Shown: positions 1-10,875, counted from the stretch's first letter. The stretch is DNA of 64,000 nt from a virus (IMGVR_UViG_3300032216_001476:1-64000), one strand, 5' to 3'. Numbers and translations are program-made. The notes: generated from the sequence alone by a model not told the origin.

Positions 1-1047
1 AACTCTTCCTCCTGTAAACGAAGAACCTGTTAAGTTATATTCTACAGAAGAACTTGCTCCTGCACTAACCCAAGAACCACCTGTAGTAGTACCTCCTGTT
101 ACCACTTGCCAATTAAAGTTAGCAGCTGTATTACCTATTGCAGAAAGAGCTGTTGCTACAGCTATACCATCCAATCTTGTTGATTTTAATCTTATAGAAA
201 CTATAGGATAAAATGTACCTGCTGTTGCCAATGTTTTAGGAGAAGTTATTGGTGTACCTACAGCTTGTTGTGCTCCACGAAGTTCGTATCCTCCTTCAGA
301 TAGTATAGTGGAACATATTTGTTTCAATGTACTTGCTCCACTTGTAGCACCTGTATTTGTTATTTCATATCTTAAGGGTAAAGAAGCTGTTGTAATGTAG
401 GTAGATGTGATTAAGTTAGCATGATTAAACTTATGACAAACATAATAATTACCATTTATAACAAAACCCATTCTAACTGTTCCCACACCTAACCACTCAA
501 GGTCCATAAATAAGATTTGAGCTTTTGTAAGATCAAGTGTAATTCCACTTGGACCAGAACCATTCATTTTATCTACATTCCAATTTGCTTGTGCAACAGG
601 TGTGTTTACTAATGAACCAGATACAGAAGTTCTTTCAACAAAACTAACTGTAGTGCCATCTTGTTCTAAATAATATCCATTAGCTGTTCCATAATATCCC
701 ACTCTTTGTCTAAGATTTGTTTTAGCAGGACTCATTACAAAAGTGTTCAATACAAGAAGACTCTTGCCTGGTTGATATGAAAATACTTTAATAGTTTCTC
801 TAACTACCTCAGAACCTGAAGTTGCTGTCACTGCAAGATCAATTAATCCCTGACTAGCATTAAATGTAGCTGTACCACTTGTAGCAACAGCTGTTGACCA
901 CAAATTATTATCTGCAAATCTATGACTAGAGTCAAACAATGTAAAGGGTGTACTAACTCTCAACCTACCAAATGCATCTATATTGGGAGAATTGCTATAC
1001 GAAATAGCTGGACTTATTATACTATATCCTGAATATGATTGTGCCAT
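1..1047 (-). CDS. Virion structural protein (DAFGRLRVS family), 3' end beyond window
   Basis: Not in ORF track. Manual translation MAQSYSGY...NIDAFGRLRVSTPFTLFDSSHRF...YQPGKS...EWLGVGTVRMGF stays open to position 1; family common in aquatic phages. Confidence 0.8.
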   Translation of the reverse strand, partial: MAQSYSGYSIISPAISYSNSPNIDAFGRLRVSTPFTLFDSSHRFADNNLWSTAVATSGTATFNASQGLIDLAVTATSGSEVVRETIKVFSYQPGKSLLVLNTFVMSPAKTNLRQRVGYYGTANGYYLEQDGTTVSFVERTSVSGSLVNTPVAQANWNVDKMNGSGPSGITLDLTKAQILFMDLEWLGVGTVRMGFVINGNYYVCHKFNHANLITSTYITTASLPLRYEITNTGATSGASTLKQICSTILSEGGYELRGAQQAVGTPITSPKTLATAGTFYPIVSIRLKSTRLDGIAVATALSAIGNTAANFNWQVVTGGTTTGGSWVSAGASSSVEYNLTGSSFTGGRV

Positions 1048-1050
1048 ATA

Positions 1051-1380
1051 TTAACTTATTTCAGTACCCCAAACTTGAAATGATAAACTAGCATTTCCAG
1101 AGTAAACTCTTATTTTATCTGTTGTTGCAAGTGTTACACCTATTGTTGCAATAAATGTATCATTACCTGCTAATGTAACATCATAGTAAAGATAATCTTT
1201 ATTTGCTGTAGAACCACCTGCTTGTGATATAGATATTCTAAATGTTGTTTGTGTAGCTCCTCTATTACATATAGATAATGAACTACACACAGTAGAAGTA
1301 GCAGCAGGAACAGTATATAAATCTGTTTCTGTTGTAGCTAATGGACTTACTTGTCCTAATATTTTATATACGTTAGCCAT
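1051..1380 (-). CDS. Small virion/tail-associated beta protein
   Basis: YKILGQ..P.ATTETDLYTVP pattern, Thr/Ser-rich, in tail module. Confidence 0.65.
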   Translation of the reverse strand: MANVYKILGQVSPLATTETDLYTVPAATSTVCSSLSICNRGATQTTFRISISQAGGSTANKDYLYYDVTLAGNDTFIATIGVTLATTDKIRVYSGNASLSFQVWGTEIS

Positions 1381-1389
1381 AATAGTTGT

Positions 1390-1923
1390 TTATGCACCCA
1401 TTAACATAAAATGTTGTTCAAACCCTGTAGTACCGCCACCACTTCCTGTTGGTATTGCTTGTGTAGATAATATACCTGTATTACTTGCAACAACCATTCT
1501 TGTACCAAGACCAGATAAATTACTCATTGTAATAATACCTGATAGTGTTTTATCACCTGCAATCGTTTGCGTACCTGTACTAATAACACCTCTTGCTGTT
1601 GCTGATGCATTAGGAAGATTAAATGTATGAACACTACCTGAAGAAGTTATACTAAAATCAGTACCTGTAGTAGATGTAGCAAAAGTTTGAGTACTAACGG
1701 ATAAACCATTTAAAGATAGTAAACCACCACCTATACCTGATACATCTAAGTTAATAGTGACATCACCTGTACCAGAGTCTACACCAGTAGATGTAATAGA
1801 TACTCCAGTACCTGCAATAATTTTTCTTATTACTGCTTGTGTAGGAGTGGTTGTATTAAGATCATATCTTATAATAGAACCACCTAAAATATCTGTTGCA
1901 CCATTTATTAACTGTTCAATCAT
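1390..1923 (-). CDS. Tail fibre-associated protein
   Basis: Thr/Gly/Ser-rich, [10 protein letters not shown]...QTIAGDKT fibre-like segment. Confidence 0.65.
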   Translation of the reverse strand: MIEQLINGATDILGGSIIRYDLNTTTPTQAVIRKIIAGTGVSITSTGVDSGTGDVTINLDVSGIGGGLLSLNGLSVSTQTFATSTTGTDFSITSSGSVHTFNLPNASATARGVISTGTQTIAGDKTLSGIITMSNLSGLGTRMVVASNTGILSTQAIPTGSGGGTTGFEQHFMLMGA

Positions 1924-1926
1924 GTC

Positions 1927-2334
1927 TTATACTATGTTTTTCCACCACATCCAACCTAAGAGTCTGACAATGTAGTATCTTAAGTAGTTATCAAATTTAT
2001 TATTATTAGTAATATTTAACCAAAACAACATTTCATTATCCACTTGTTTTCTATTTAAACTATGTTTGTCTTGATGTACATATAGATAATCATGTATAAG
2101 AAAAGCTATAAGTCCATCATTAAAAGGTCTTATTATACTCCACAACCACTTAGGTACAGTTGCCATATCATATACAAAACCTCTAGGAATATTGATAATG
2201 TCACCGGTACTAAGCTGTACCGTGAGGGGTTGAATGATCATCCAATACTTACTGCTTACATTTGAATAGACATAAGACTGTATGATTAGAAGATCAGTCA
2301 TAAGTTTCCGTATGACATTATCTTTAGTAATCAT
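1927..2334 (-). CDS. DUF1353 family protein
   Basis: IPRGFVYDMATVPKWLW...AFLIHDYLY motif. Confidence 0.8.
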   Translation of the reverse strand: MITKDNVIRKLMTDLLIIQSYVYSNVSSKYWMIIQPLTVQLSTGDIINIPRGFVYDMATVPKWLWSIIRPFNDGLIAFLIHDYLYVHQDKHSLNRKQVDNEMLFWLNITNNNKFDNYLRYYIVRLLGWMWWKNIV

Positions 2335-5300
2335 TATGGTACTATGTTTACTGCACCATTATTATTCCATAAATCCCCCGATGCTAATCCTGTGGTGGAT
2401 GTGGGGAGGGAAGACATGCGAACTTTTCCTGTTGTTTTTAATGCTCCTGCACTTGCTGCTGTTCCACTAGTACCATCAACCTCTAAACGATAACCGATAT
2501 CTGTATAAGTGCCACCGTTTTTGAGTAAGACATTACCAGTATCACCAAAAAGTCTAAATCTCTCCGTTTGTGAAGTTGTTGATGTTATTCTAAAGTGTGC
2601 AGTTGATGTGTTGTTGTATAGAATTACGTTAAAACCATTAGCACCACTTGATGTAAATGCTACTAAATTTCTTTGGCTTGTTCCAACCCAACTTGATCCA
2701 AATATTTCTAATGCTCCATATTCTCCAGCAACATCATTTTTAATAACAATAGCAGATTCCCCAGTTGAACTTGTATTTGTTACTTTTAAATTAACGGCAC
2801 CACTTGAACCAACTGATTTGCTTATTTCTAAATCAGTCGTAGGACTTGCTGTCCCAATACCAATATATCCTGTATCACCTTTTACTATTAATCTTGTTGC
2901 GGAGGTCTGCAAAGTTGTTCCAGTGGTAATTTTTGTAGATGTGGTCAATATCACATCACCAGGAGTACCTGTACCCCTACCTCTACCACCTGCAAGAATT
3001 AAAGATCCTCCAGATATATTATTGAAAAAAGCCAAATTTGCACCTCCACCCGCTATTGTAGCAGCAGATGGATCATAAACAACCTCAGAACCATGTATTG
3101 TATAATCAGGTCTAGTTAATAAACCAGTACCTCCATTACCAAACCACACATCAAAAATCTTTGTGTCGTCACTACCAAACATTACGACATTACTTAAAGA
3201 ATCTGGGATTGTATCATTTCGGTAATCTCCTATAGCAGTTAATGGATTTTTCCATATAAAAGAATTACTAATTGTTTTATTAGTCCCAGAATTAGCACTA
3301 AGGCTACCTGTCCAAAATCCAGAACTTCCATTTTGCAAAATTGTTGATTTAGTAATAGTTGCACTAGTGGCTGATATTCCATATCCAAAACTTCTTCCTA
3401 TTACTAAAGAATCTGTATAGTATATCGTTCCAGTAGGATATCCAAAACCAGAACCAATAGTTGTGGAATTATTCATTACAGTATAACCTTGACCACCAGT
3501 TATATCTCCTATTGCAATGTTTATATTAGTCCAAGTTGCGGTATGGTAGTCAAGGTTACCAAAAATATAGTTAGTACCAGTACCCATTGTAAGCTCAGAA
3601 ACATAATCACTATTATATAATGATGTGAAGTATAAACCTTTTGCTATAGCACTCTTCCTGTTAAATGTCAGTTGCCTACCTGAGAAGTTAGCTCCCCATA
3701 CAACACCTGCATTTGTAATTCCACCAAGAGAACCGATATTATATACAGAAACACCTCCTGTATCTAAAGTTTGCGGAGCAAATGAACCTGTACTTGTTGG
3801 TGTCAAATTTGTATCCGTAAAAGATATACCACCGTAAAAAGAATAAAAAGCAGTGTATGTCCCTGATACGGTGCCTCTGTAAATTCTAAAATTCTTAAAA
3901 CTACCAATATAAATATTAGTAATAGCAACAGATCCTGTTGTTACTCCAGCTCCAATCACTGCTGAATACTCATTAGAACATCCTGCTTGATGACCATTGT
4001 TATCAAGTGCTACTATACGATAATAGTATGTTCCCGTAGTGAGTGTACCACCTGTTGCGTTACCAGTAACTGTAGCTGTAATTGCTAAAGTAAAAACATT
4101 ACCTACACCTAATGCTGTACTAACACCACTAGTACTTGAAACTGATACTAGACCTGTAATATCATTATAAGTCCCATTTGGTGTATTCAAAACAAGTTTA
4201 TCACTTGCACCATTTCCTAAACTGAGAACATGATAAGCCCCTGATCTAAAGTACACACCTGTTTCATTTTGTTCAATACTTGACCAAAAGTTACCAGTAA
4301 ATCCACCACCTCCGCCAACAGCTCCTGGATTTCCTGCAGGTCTTAAGATTATCTTAGTACCATAGTTGCCATTTTTTATAAACTGAATGACACCATCTAT
4401 CTCAGGATTAAGAGTATTGTTAGCAGCACCATAACCAAAACTACTTCCAAACACAACATTCATCCCTGATGTACGTAAATCAATTGTATTAACACCCGTA
4501 AAAGAACCTGCAGTGTAAGTTGTGTTTAAATCAAGTGCTATTAGTTTGTCATTATTATGACTTGCTACAAGTGTGTTAGCAAAGTTTATACCTTTAACAT
4601 CTACGCCACCAGCAGCCAAAACTGATGCAGATGCTGCAGTGTGTATTATAGAGGTTGGAACTATGTTTATACCAAAGCGGTTGCTACTATTAAATACAAA
4701 TTGAGTGTCATTTCCTGAATTAGCTCTTATGATAATTTCAGTACTGTTCGGTTTTTTAATTCCCCAGGTAAAATCTGTACGACCATTAAACAATAAGAAG
4801 GCATCATTTTGTAATGCTAAAACATTAAACTCACCAAGGTCAGTTGTAGTAGTTTTATTGGAAGTGCCAAATTGAATAGCTCCGTTAACATCTAGTTTAA
4901 TTGTATTAGTGGGTACAGATGAATACCCTATATAAGTACCACCACTTGTACTATTTAGTAGTACATTACCTCTTACAGTTTCAAGAGCAGTAAGTACCCC
5001 AGCATTTGTAGTAATATTAAAATCAATAACCAATGCTTTACTATTACCAGCTTGTGTACCTGTATTAACAGGCATTAAAAGCTTTAATAGCGTTGTAGTA
5101 AAGGCACCACTGTTTATTGTCGGGTTACTTGTAGTAAACAAAAACCTAGTTTGATCAGTACCATAACCTAGTGAACTATTAGTAGTAAATGTTAACTCAT
5201 TAGCATAAATAGTCTTGCTAGCTGAGGTTGTTCCAACAAATGCAAGATAATCATACAAGAACAAAGCTCCGTTAAACTGAGTTCTAGTATTTACAATGAA

Positions 5301-5585
5301 CTGGGTTGAACTTGTAGCTCCCGCAAGAGTTAATGTATTACCAGACATTGTCACTGTCCTGTTTCCTGTAAGTGTACCATCCAAGTTATAGATGTTATAC
5401 ACCGCCCCTACCTCTGTCCATGTAGACGTAGTGGAATTGTAGTAGTACACCTTCTTGGTAGTGGTGTTGTAATACATCTGCCCATCTACAGCAGATGTAG
5501 GGGCAGTATCTAGTTTATGTAATACAGGACTTATCAGTTCATTCTGATCTAAGTCAATATTATGTAGGTACTTGTTTGTAGGCAT
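2334..5585 (-). CDS. Tail fibre / receptor-binding protein (1083 aa)
   Basis: N-terminal GQMYYNTT motif, GYIGIGT motif, FnIII-like GTYYYRIVALD domain, C-terminal GDLWNNNG. Confidence 0.8.
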   Translation of the reverse strand: MPTNKYLHNIDLDQNELISPVLHKLDTAPTSAVDGQMYYNTTTKKVYYYNSTTSTWTEVGAVYNIYNLDGTLTGNRTVTMSGNTLTLAGATSSTQFIVNTRTQFNGALFLYDYLAFVGTTSASKTIYANELTFTTNSSLGYGTDQTRFLFTTSNPTINSGAFTTTLLKLLMPVNTGTQAGNSKALVIDFNITTNAGVLTALETVRGNVLLNSTSGGTYIGYSSVPTNTIKLDVNGAIQFGTSNKTTTTDLGEFNVLALQNDAFLLFNGRTDFTWGIKKPNSTEIIIRANSGNDTQFVFNSSNRFGINIVPTSIIHTAASASVLAAGGVDVKGINFANTLVASHNNDKLIALDLNTTYTAGSFTGVNTIDLRTSGMNVVFGSSFGYGAANNTLNPEIDGVIQFIKNGNYGTKIILRPAGNPGAVGGGGGFTGNFWSSIEQNETGVYFRSGAYHVLSLGNGASDKLVLNTPNGTYNDITGLVSVSSTSGVSTALGVGNVFTLAITATVTGNATGGTLTTGTYYYRIVALDNNGHQAGCSNEYSAVIGAGVTTGSVAITNIYIGSFKNFRIYRGTVSGTYTAFYSFYGGISFTDTNLTPTSTGSFAPQTLDTGGVSVYNIGSLGGITNAGVVWGANFSGRQLTFNRKSAIAKGLYFTSLYNSDYVSELTMGTGTNYIFGNLDYHTATWTNINIAIGDITGGQGYTVMNNSTTIGSGFGYPTGTIYYTDSLVIGRSFGYGISATSATITKSTILQNGSSGFWTGSLSANSGTNKTISNSFIWKNPLTAIGDYRNDTIPDSLSNVVMFGSDDTKIFDVWFGNGGTGLLTRPDYTIHGSEVVYDPSAATIAGGGANLAFFNNISGGSLILAGGRGRGTGTPGDVILTTSTKITTGTTLQTSATRLIVKGDTGYIGIGTASPTTDLEISKSVGSSGAVNLKVTNTSSTGESAIVIKNDVAGEYGALEIFGSSWVGTSQRNLVAFTSSGANGFNVILYNNTSTAHFRITSTTSQTERFRLFGDTGNVLLKNGGTYTDIGYRLEVDGTSGTAASAGALKTTGKVRMSSLPTSTTGLASGDLWNNNGAVNIVP

Positions 5586-5587
5586 AA

Positions 5588-6208
5588 TTAAGATAGATAA
5601 GCGTATCCTGAAACGGGTTTACTAAAGCTAAGTACAAGAGTAGAAGTAGTAGAACTATTAATAGTTCCTATTATATTAGCACCTGTATTATCCACAGTAT
5701 ATACATTTGGAACAAAACCAAGAGAGTGATTAATTGTCCATATAGCTGAAGGTGTTGTTTGATTAAATGTATACTGTGAACCTGAAGATGATGTATTGTT
5801 AATAGTTACAGCAGGATTAAGATTAATCCTTGTAACACAACCAGCTGTATTCACATCAATTATATTTTGATTTTGACTCACTCCATAATTATAACTAAGT
5901 CCTAAATTAGAAGAAGAACTTGCACATGATTTTAAATAAGTGTATTGATTATTAACAAAAACTGAAGAATCAATTGATGTGTATGTAACTGGCAACCATC
6001 CCCAGTAGTTTATTGAAGATTGTGTAAGAGCTTCATTATCAGCATTAGATTGCCAATCAATAATCTCCTTACGCATAATGCTTAAATCAAGATTAGTCAT
6101 ATTGTTTTTATAATAATTAATTCCGTATTTCATTTTACGAAACTCATTATAAACATCATTAGCGAATATCTTGAAATATCTGGATTTATCTTTAAGGAGA
6201 TTTTTCAT
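5588..6208 (-). CDS. Tail hub / virion protein
   Basis: C-terminal WTINHSLG..P.V...D...G domain typical of fibre-attachment proteins. Confidence 0.6.
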   Translation of the reverse strand: MKNLLKDKSRYFKIFANDVYNEFRKMKYGINYYKNNMTNLDLSIMRKEIIDWQSNADNEALTQSSINYWGWLPVTYTSIDSSVFVNNQYTYLKSCASSSSNLGLSYNYGVSQNQNIIDVNTAGCVTRINLNPAVTINNTSSSGSQYTFNQTTPSAIWTINHSLGFVPNVYTVDNTGANIIGTINSSTTSTLVLSFSKPVSGYAYLS

Positions 6209-6213
6209 AGTTT

Positions 6214-6342
6214 TTAACTTGGGTTTTGAAGTTGTTTCTCGTAAATAGCAATACAGTTATTACATACTGAAGCACCATCTGAAGCTGTTTGTCTTTGACA
6301 TCCACAAGTGATAGTTGCTCCGCAATTAGGACATGTTTGCAT
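6214..6342 (-). CDS. 42-aa Cys-rich zinc-binding microprotein
   Basis: Manual translation MQTCPNCGATITCGCQRQTASDGASVCNNCIAIYEKQLQNPS; fills the gap between co-oriented genes. Confidence 0.75.
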   Translation of the reverse strand: MQTCPNCGATITCGCQRQTASDGASVCNNCIAIYEKQLQNPS

Positions 6343-6360
6343 TTTATTTGGTTTTATTGG

Positions 6361-6903
6361 TTAACAAGATTCTGTATACTTAATAAGTTTACTTTGAGCA
6401 TATATTAATAGCTCCAACCCTTGTTCTGGTTGATGTGCGTATTCCACTTTAGCTTTTGCTGCATCTATAAAACTTTTAATAAGTCTTAGTTCTTTTAGTT
6501 GTTCTTTTAAATCAGCATCAGGTTCACAAGCAGCTAATTCTAATGAAGAAAGAGCGTTATAGTATATATTAAGTGTTTGTGTTATACGAAGATATTGATA
6601 TTCTATATATACTTTATCATTAGGTGCAACTGAATATCTAACAGTAAATATACCATCAGGTATAGTATTACAATAAGAACCACAACCAGTATTTTGAATA
6701 CCTAATGTACACGCATTTAATACTAAATTAAATTGAGGTAACACTTCTATATTAACAGGAGTATTAAAACCAGGACTGGTTATTTGTAACAAACCACAAT
6801 TTGTACCAAGATCTTCAGCGTATAAACTTGTATCAAACACCCTAAGTACACTAATATTATTAGTATCTGGTAATTCTAAACTTAGTTGATGTTTATTTGC
6901 CAT
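6361..6903 (-). CDS. Putative tail hub / virion protein
   Basis: IPDGIFTVRYSV motif, position in crAss-like structural block. Confidence 0.55.
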   Translation of the reverse strand: MANKHQLSLELPDTNNISVLRVFDTSLYAEDLGTNCGLLQITSPGFNTPVNIEVLPQFNLVLNACTLGIQNTGCGSYCNTIPDGIFTVRYSVAPNDKVYIEYQYLRITQTLNIYYNALSSLELAACEPDADLKEQLKELRLIKSFIDAAKAKVEYAHQPEQGLELLIYAQSKLIKYTESC

Positions 6904-6951
6904 TTATATAAACTTTGTAGAGTTAAAAAAATAAGAGAAAGTCTTCAATAA

Positions 6952-6959
6952 TAATATAC
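6952..6959 (-). promoter_or_regulatory. Putative phage late promoter core GTATATTA
   Basis: Same 8-mer found just upstream of six minus-strand gene starts. Confidence 0.55.
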
Positions 6960-6985
6960 AAAATTATGAACACCTTACCAAAAAC

Positions 6986-7018
6986 AAAAAGGGAGGGGAC
7001 GTTATTGTCCACCTCCCT
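6986..7018 (-). terminator. Intrinsic terminator
   Basis: GC hairpin AGGGAGG..CCTCCCT with minus-strand U tract after the 542-aa gene. Confidence 0.7.
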
Positions 7019-7041
7019 ATATTTGATTTGTTAAGAATTAA

Positions 7042-8670
7042 TTAGTAACCAGTCTCAAGAACTACAGAACCTGCACCTTGTACACTATTAGCAGCTGTAA
7101 CTATTGGAGTAGTTAAGTTAGCATCAGTAGCAGTACCAGCTGGAACAACTATTTGATTAACATATTGATCAGTATCAAACAATCCACTAGGATTATTAAA
7201 TCTAGGAACACTATGAACAATCAATACTTGATCATAATAAGCAGAACGGGTTATATTGTTAAACACTGGATTTTGCTCTATTTCCCTCATCCTAAAACTT
7301 TCTACACGAGAACTATCAGGAAAAGCTTCTTGACGATACCTACCATCTAATATCAAATCACGCATAATTCCTTCACCAAGACCAATAGGACTTTGAGGTG
7401 CTTGAACTTGTTCAGCGTGAGTACCTAAATAAGGTGCAGCAACACTAATAGCAGTAGTAATAGCTGGTATTGCAGTTGGAGCAGTATAACTAGGAGTACC
7501 AGTTTCATCTACCACAGAAGCTTGAACTTGGAGAGGTTCAACACCATAGTAATCTAAAGGAGTGAAAGTTGCATTACCAAATACAGTGTCATAGTAAGCA
7601 GCACTGATTTCTAAATGAGGTTCTTGACTTGAAGTATAATTAAACCCAGTAGCAGATGGAACATCTGAAACATTATGAGCAGTAAGTGCAACACCTGTTG
7701 AAACAGTTGTACCAGGAATAAATACAGTATTTATTGCTTGATCTGTGGTAGAAACCTCATCCCAAAAATATAAAGTACCATTACCAATTGTAGGAGGTAA
7801 ACCTTGAGGAGGATAAGTAATAGTAATACTAGTACTAGCTGCTACAGCAGTAATAAAAGAATTAGCAGGGATACCAGTTGCTGAGTTTTGTGTAACTTTT
7901 CTCCCAACTGTTGCACCAGTAGTATTAGCAATTAAGAGTGTAGCAGTTGTTGTAGTTGGTGTTCCAGAACCAGTTATAGATCCAGTACTACCTGCACCAT
8001 ACTTATACACACGAGCTTGAAGAAGACTAGAAGTAAGAGGATTACTATTAATTTGATCTTTCCAAGACAAAAATGCATATATAGGATCTTTTACATAAGT
8101 AGGATTACTTACATTTGCAGGGGTGTAATAATCTAATGTACGATACAACTGATGATTCAAATACCTAAGAGCAGGAGCACCCTTAGCATCTATACGAAGA
8201 CGATAAGTTGTTTCTAAAGCAAGTCCTGGTGCATTCGTACCACTAGCTGTTTTTATTTTTACAACATGGCTTCTAGCACCTTTAGCAGCAATTCTAATTA
8301 CACGAGTTATGTACCTAGGATTAATCATCTTAGATTTAACACTCTCTTGATAACCACCATGTACACCAATTTTATCAGCAGAAGTAACAGCACTAGATGT
8401 CTTATACCAAGAACCCATTGCAAGATAAAAAGGAGCACCTAAACTAAGAGTTGCACCATTACCTACACTAACTGCAGTAGGAGAATACATAAAACTATAA
8501 CCTGTACCACTTGCTACTGAAGCAGTAGTGCCTCCTTGAAATATACCAAGTTGACCAGGAAGAAGTGTAGAAGAAGTAATGGTATTAGCAGCACACTGCA
8601 GAACGCTAGAAGTAATACCATTAGTATTACTAATGAAAAATGTCTTTTTGTAAGCATTAGGAAAATACAT
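7042..8670 (-). CDS. Auxiliary capsid / conserved crAss-like virion protein
   Basis: ESVKSKMINPRY and YDQVLIVHSVPRFNNPSGLFDTDQY motifs; position downstream of MCP block. Confidence 0.6.
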   Translation of the reverse strand: MYFPNAYKKTFFISNTNGITSSVLQCAANTITSSTLLPGQLGIFQGGTTASVASGTGYSFMYSPTAVSVGNGATLSLGAPFYLAMGSWYKTSSAVTSADKIGVHGGYQESVKSKMINPRYITRVIRIAAKGARSHVVKIKTASGTNAPGLALETTYRLRIDAKGAPALRYLNHQLYRTLDYYTPANVSNPTYVKDPIYAFLSWKDQINSNPLTSSLLQARVYKYGAGSTGSITGSGTPTTTTATLLIANTTGATVGRKVTQNSATGIPANSFITAVAASTSITITYPPQGLPPTIGNGTLYFWDEVSTTDQAINTVFIPGTTVSTGVALTAHNVSDVPSATGFNYTSSQEPHLEISAAYYDTVFGNATFTPLDYYGVEPLQVQASVVDETGTPSYTAPTAIPAITTAISVAAPYLGTHAEQVQAPQSPIGLGEGIMRDLILDGRYRQEAFPDSSRVESFRMREIEQNPVFNNITRSAYYDQVLIVHSVPRFNNPSGLFDTDQYVNQIVVPAGTATDANLTTPIVTAANSVQGAGSVVLETGY

Positions 8671-8698
8671 AAAATAAAAAATTTAAAAGGTTATATAA

Positions 8699-8706
8699 TA
8701 ATATAC
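8699..8706 (-). promoter_or_regulatory. Putative late promoter core GTATATTA
   Basis: About 30 nt upstream of the 8670 start. Confidence 0.55.
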
Positions 8707-8712
8707 AAAAAA

Positions 8713-9150
8713 TTATTTAAGAAACAAAAGTTTATATTTAATACTATTAATTGTAGACTTTACATTGTCTAAATCATTTACTATTTCACTATAAGGCATA
8801 GAAGATTGGAGTGTTGTTACCATTTCTTTAATATCTCTTAAATAAGATATTGCTTCATCTACTGATGATAATGATCTTGTTACTCCATCTTGAAATACTA
8901 ATAGTTTTTCTGCTGCACCTTGAAAAGCTTCTGCTAAATCATCTGCATGATCTGGTAGAGCATCATATAGTTCATTTAAAGCTTTGTGAGAAGCAAAAGA
9001 ACCTAAACCTGTAACTCTAAGATGTAACTTATGAAAACTATTTCTAGCATTCATCAACTCTGTTACACATGCTGCTGTTTTACTTTCAAGAGAACTACTA
9101 CCACCAGTTGAGGGGTATGACATAGGTCTTGATATTTTTTGGATTGCCAT
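8713..9150 (-). CDS. Ferritin/Dps-like four-helix protein (DUF5856-like)
   Basis: HKLHL...FASHKALNELYD...D.LAE.FQG, C-terminal KYKLLFLK. Confidence 0.75.
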   Translation of the reverse strand: MAIQKISRPMSYPSTGGSSSLESKTAACVTELMNARNSFHKLHLRVTGLGSFASHKALNELYDALPDHADDLAEAFQGAAEKLLVFQDGVTRSLSSVDEAISYLRDIKEMVTTLQSSMPYSEIVNDLDNVKSTINSIKYKLLFLK

Positions 9151-9152
9151 AG

Positions 9153-9854
9153 TTAACTATTTCTTTGTGAATTTTGAATTTCTCTTTGATATTGTGTGAT
9201 ACTTTCTATATCTCCAGCTAAAATACCAGCAGCTTCATCTATAATAACTTCAACCAGATCATCTTTAAGTTCTGAAATAACATTTGCTTTATAAGTAACA
9301 CCTGTTTCTGGACTAACACAACCTAGGAATTCTACATTTCTAGGTTTTCTATAGTATATTAAATTTATATCATGAACAACAAAACTGTTGTTTGTATATA
9401 TCCTTAACTTGTCTCCCATTACAGTACAAAATGTTTCTGCCCACTCAAACGATGGTGATTTAAAACTATCTGAAAGCATTATATCCACGTTTGCTTCTTC
9501 AACTTGATATACAGAAAAAGGTCTTTTAGGACAACAATCTGATTGACCATTTATACTCACTCTTACAAAGTGTAGATAATCTGCAGGTATTTGTTTAGTT
9601 TCTACAAATTTATCTTTAGTATAAGCTTCAAGTTCTTTTTGTACTAAAAGCATTTGAATATCATCTACTGCATTTATAGTTTGTTCAGGACCTTCTTTTC
9701 TAGCATTAGTACCATGTAATTGTCTTCTCACCCATTCAATTTGAGCTTTGTTAAATGCTTCTTGTATCATCCAACACTCAATATTATCATAGTCAAAAGA
9801 CGCTAGTTTATTTAGTCTTTGTTTTATCTTTATCTGTAGTAGATTGTTATTCAT
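9153..9854 (-). CDS. Tail ring / tubular (head-tail adaptor) protein
   Basis: AFNKAQIEWV and LIYYRKP motifs; crAss-like synteny. Confidence 0.7.
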   Translation of the reverse strand: MNNNLLQIKIKQRLNKLASFDYDNIECWMIQEAFNKAQIEWVRRQLHGTNARKEGPEQTINAVDDIQMLLVQKELEAYTKDKFVETKQIPADYLHFVRVSINGQSDCCPKRPFSVYQVEEANVDIMLSDSFKSPSFEWAETFCTVMGDKLRIYTNNSFVVHDINLIYYRKPRNVEFLGCVSPETGVTYKANVISELKDDLVEVIIDEAAGILAGDIESITQYQREIQNSQRNS

Positions 9855-9858
9855 AATT

Positions 9859-10875
9859 TTATTGATTCCAATATTTTTCTACTTTTTTTGTAAGATTAAT
9901 TAAGATTTCTTCATTGAGAGGATTTCTTAAATATTCTGCTACATCAGCTTGTGTTCTACCTAACACTGTTACACTTTCCATATGGTATATAAAACCATCA
10001 GCTTTTGTTGCAACAAACTTATAATAAGCACTATCTTTTACAATAGATTTTATTTTTAAACTTTCCATATCAAGATTCACAGTATCAAGAAATCTTTGAG
10101 CAGATTTTCTCTTGTCTTTTTCAATCAAATCACCATTGATAAATTTATCCATGTTATCATATATAATGTCATTAGGTGTTGACTTTTTATATTGTGCTGA
10201 ATTTGGATCAAGCAATTTTGCAACATAGAACAACTTATTCTGGTTCTTATCAAATAACTTCTGTAGTTCTGAAAGAGCTTTATTTCTAAGTTTTTTAACT
10301 TCAGTGTGCACACTTGCAGTTTCTTCAAGTTTATCTAAGTAAAACTTAGGAGCAAGTGTCATCTTTCTAGCATCTTCTAAACTTTTAGCAACTATAGAAA
10401 ACCCACCTGCTTCAATTGCATATAATTTAATCAAATCATATGGATCTTTATCAGGTTCTAAAAACACAGGTTCATTTCCACATCTAATTTTAATCTTATC
10501 CCAAAACTCAGAATTATCTGGTTTTAAAAGTTTTACCTTGTTCCAAAATTCTTTGTCATTAGGATCTACTATATTAGCTGCAAGTTCTTTTTCAAGTTGA
10601 GTTACAACAGCTCTTATTTGTTTAACTTTTGCTTCTTGTTCTTCAACAGTAAGATCTTTAAGATCTGGTGAATATTCATTAAGACCTGTCAAATAACGCT
10701 TAATCCCATTAATTTCTAAACACGCTAATTGTTCTTCATGAAAAGCACCATCAAACAACGAAAGACCATATTTCTCAAGACCCATGTTATCACCTAAAGA
10801 ATTAAAATAAGGTCTAATAGCAATACTTGATTTTTTGTTTTGAGGATACTTTTCTACAATAGTTACACTACTCAT
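9859..10875 (-). CDS. Conserved crAss-like protein downstream of MCP
   Basis: 338 aa, synteny with crAss-like capsid block. Confidence 0.55.
   Translation of the reverse strand: MSSVTIVEKYPQNKKSSIAIRPYFNSLGDNMGLEKYGLSLFDGAFHEEQLACLEINGIKRYLTGLNEYSPDLKDLTVEEQEAKVKQIRAVVTQLEKELAANIVDPNDKEFWNKVKLLKPDNSEFWDKIKIRCGNEPVFLEPDKDPYDLIKLYAIEAGGFSIVAKSLEDARKMTLAPKFYLDKLEETASVHTEVKKLRNKALSELQKLFDKNQNKLFYVAKLLDPNSAQYKKSTPNDIIYDNMDKFINGDLIEKDKRKSAQRFLDTVNLDMESLKIKSIVKDSAYYKFVATKADGFIYHMESVTVLGRTQADVAEYLRNPLNEEILINLTKKVEKYWNQ

Noticed and set aside
5688-5696. Perfect DnaA box TTATCCACA
   Set aside because: Single copy inside a coding sequence, lacking the AGCTATA half-site; likely chance
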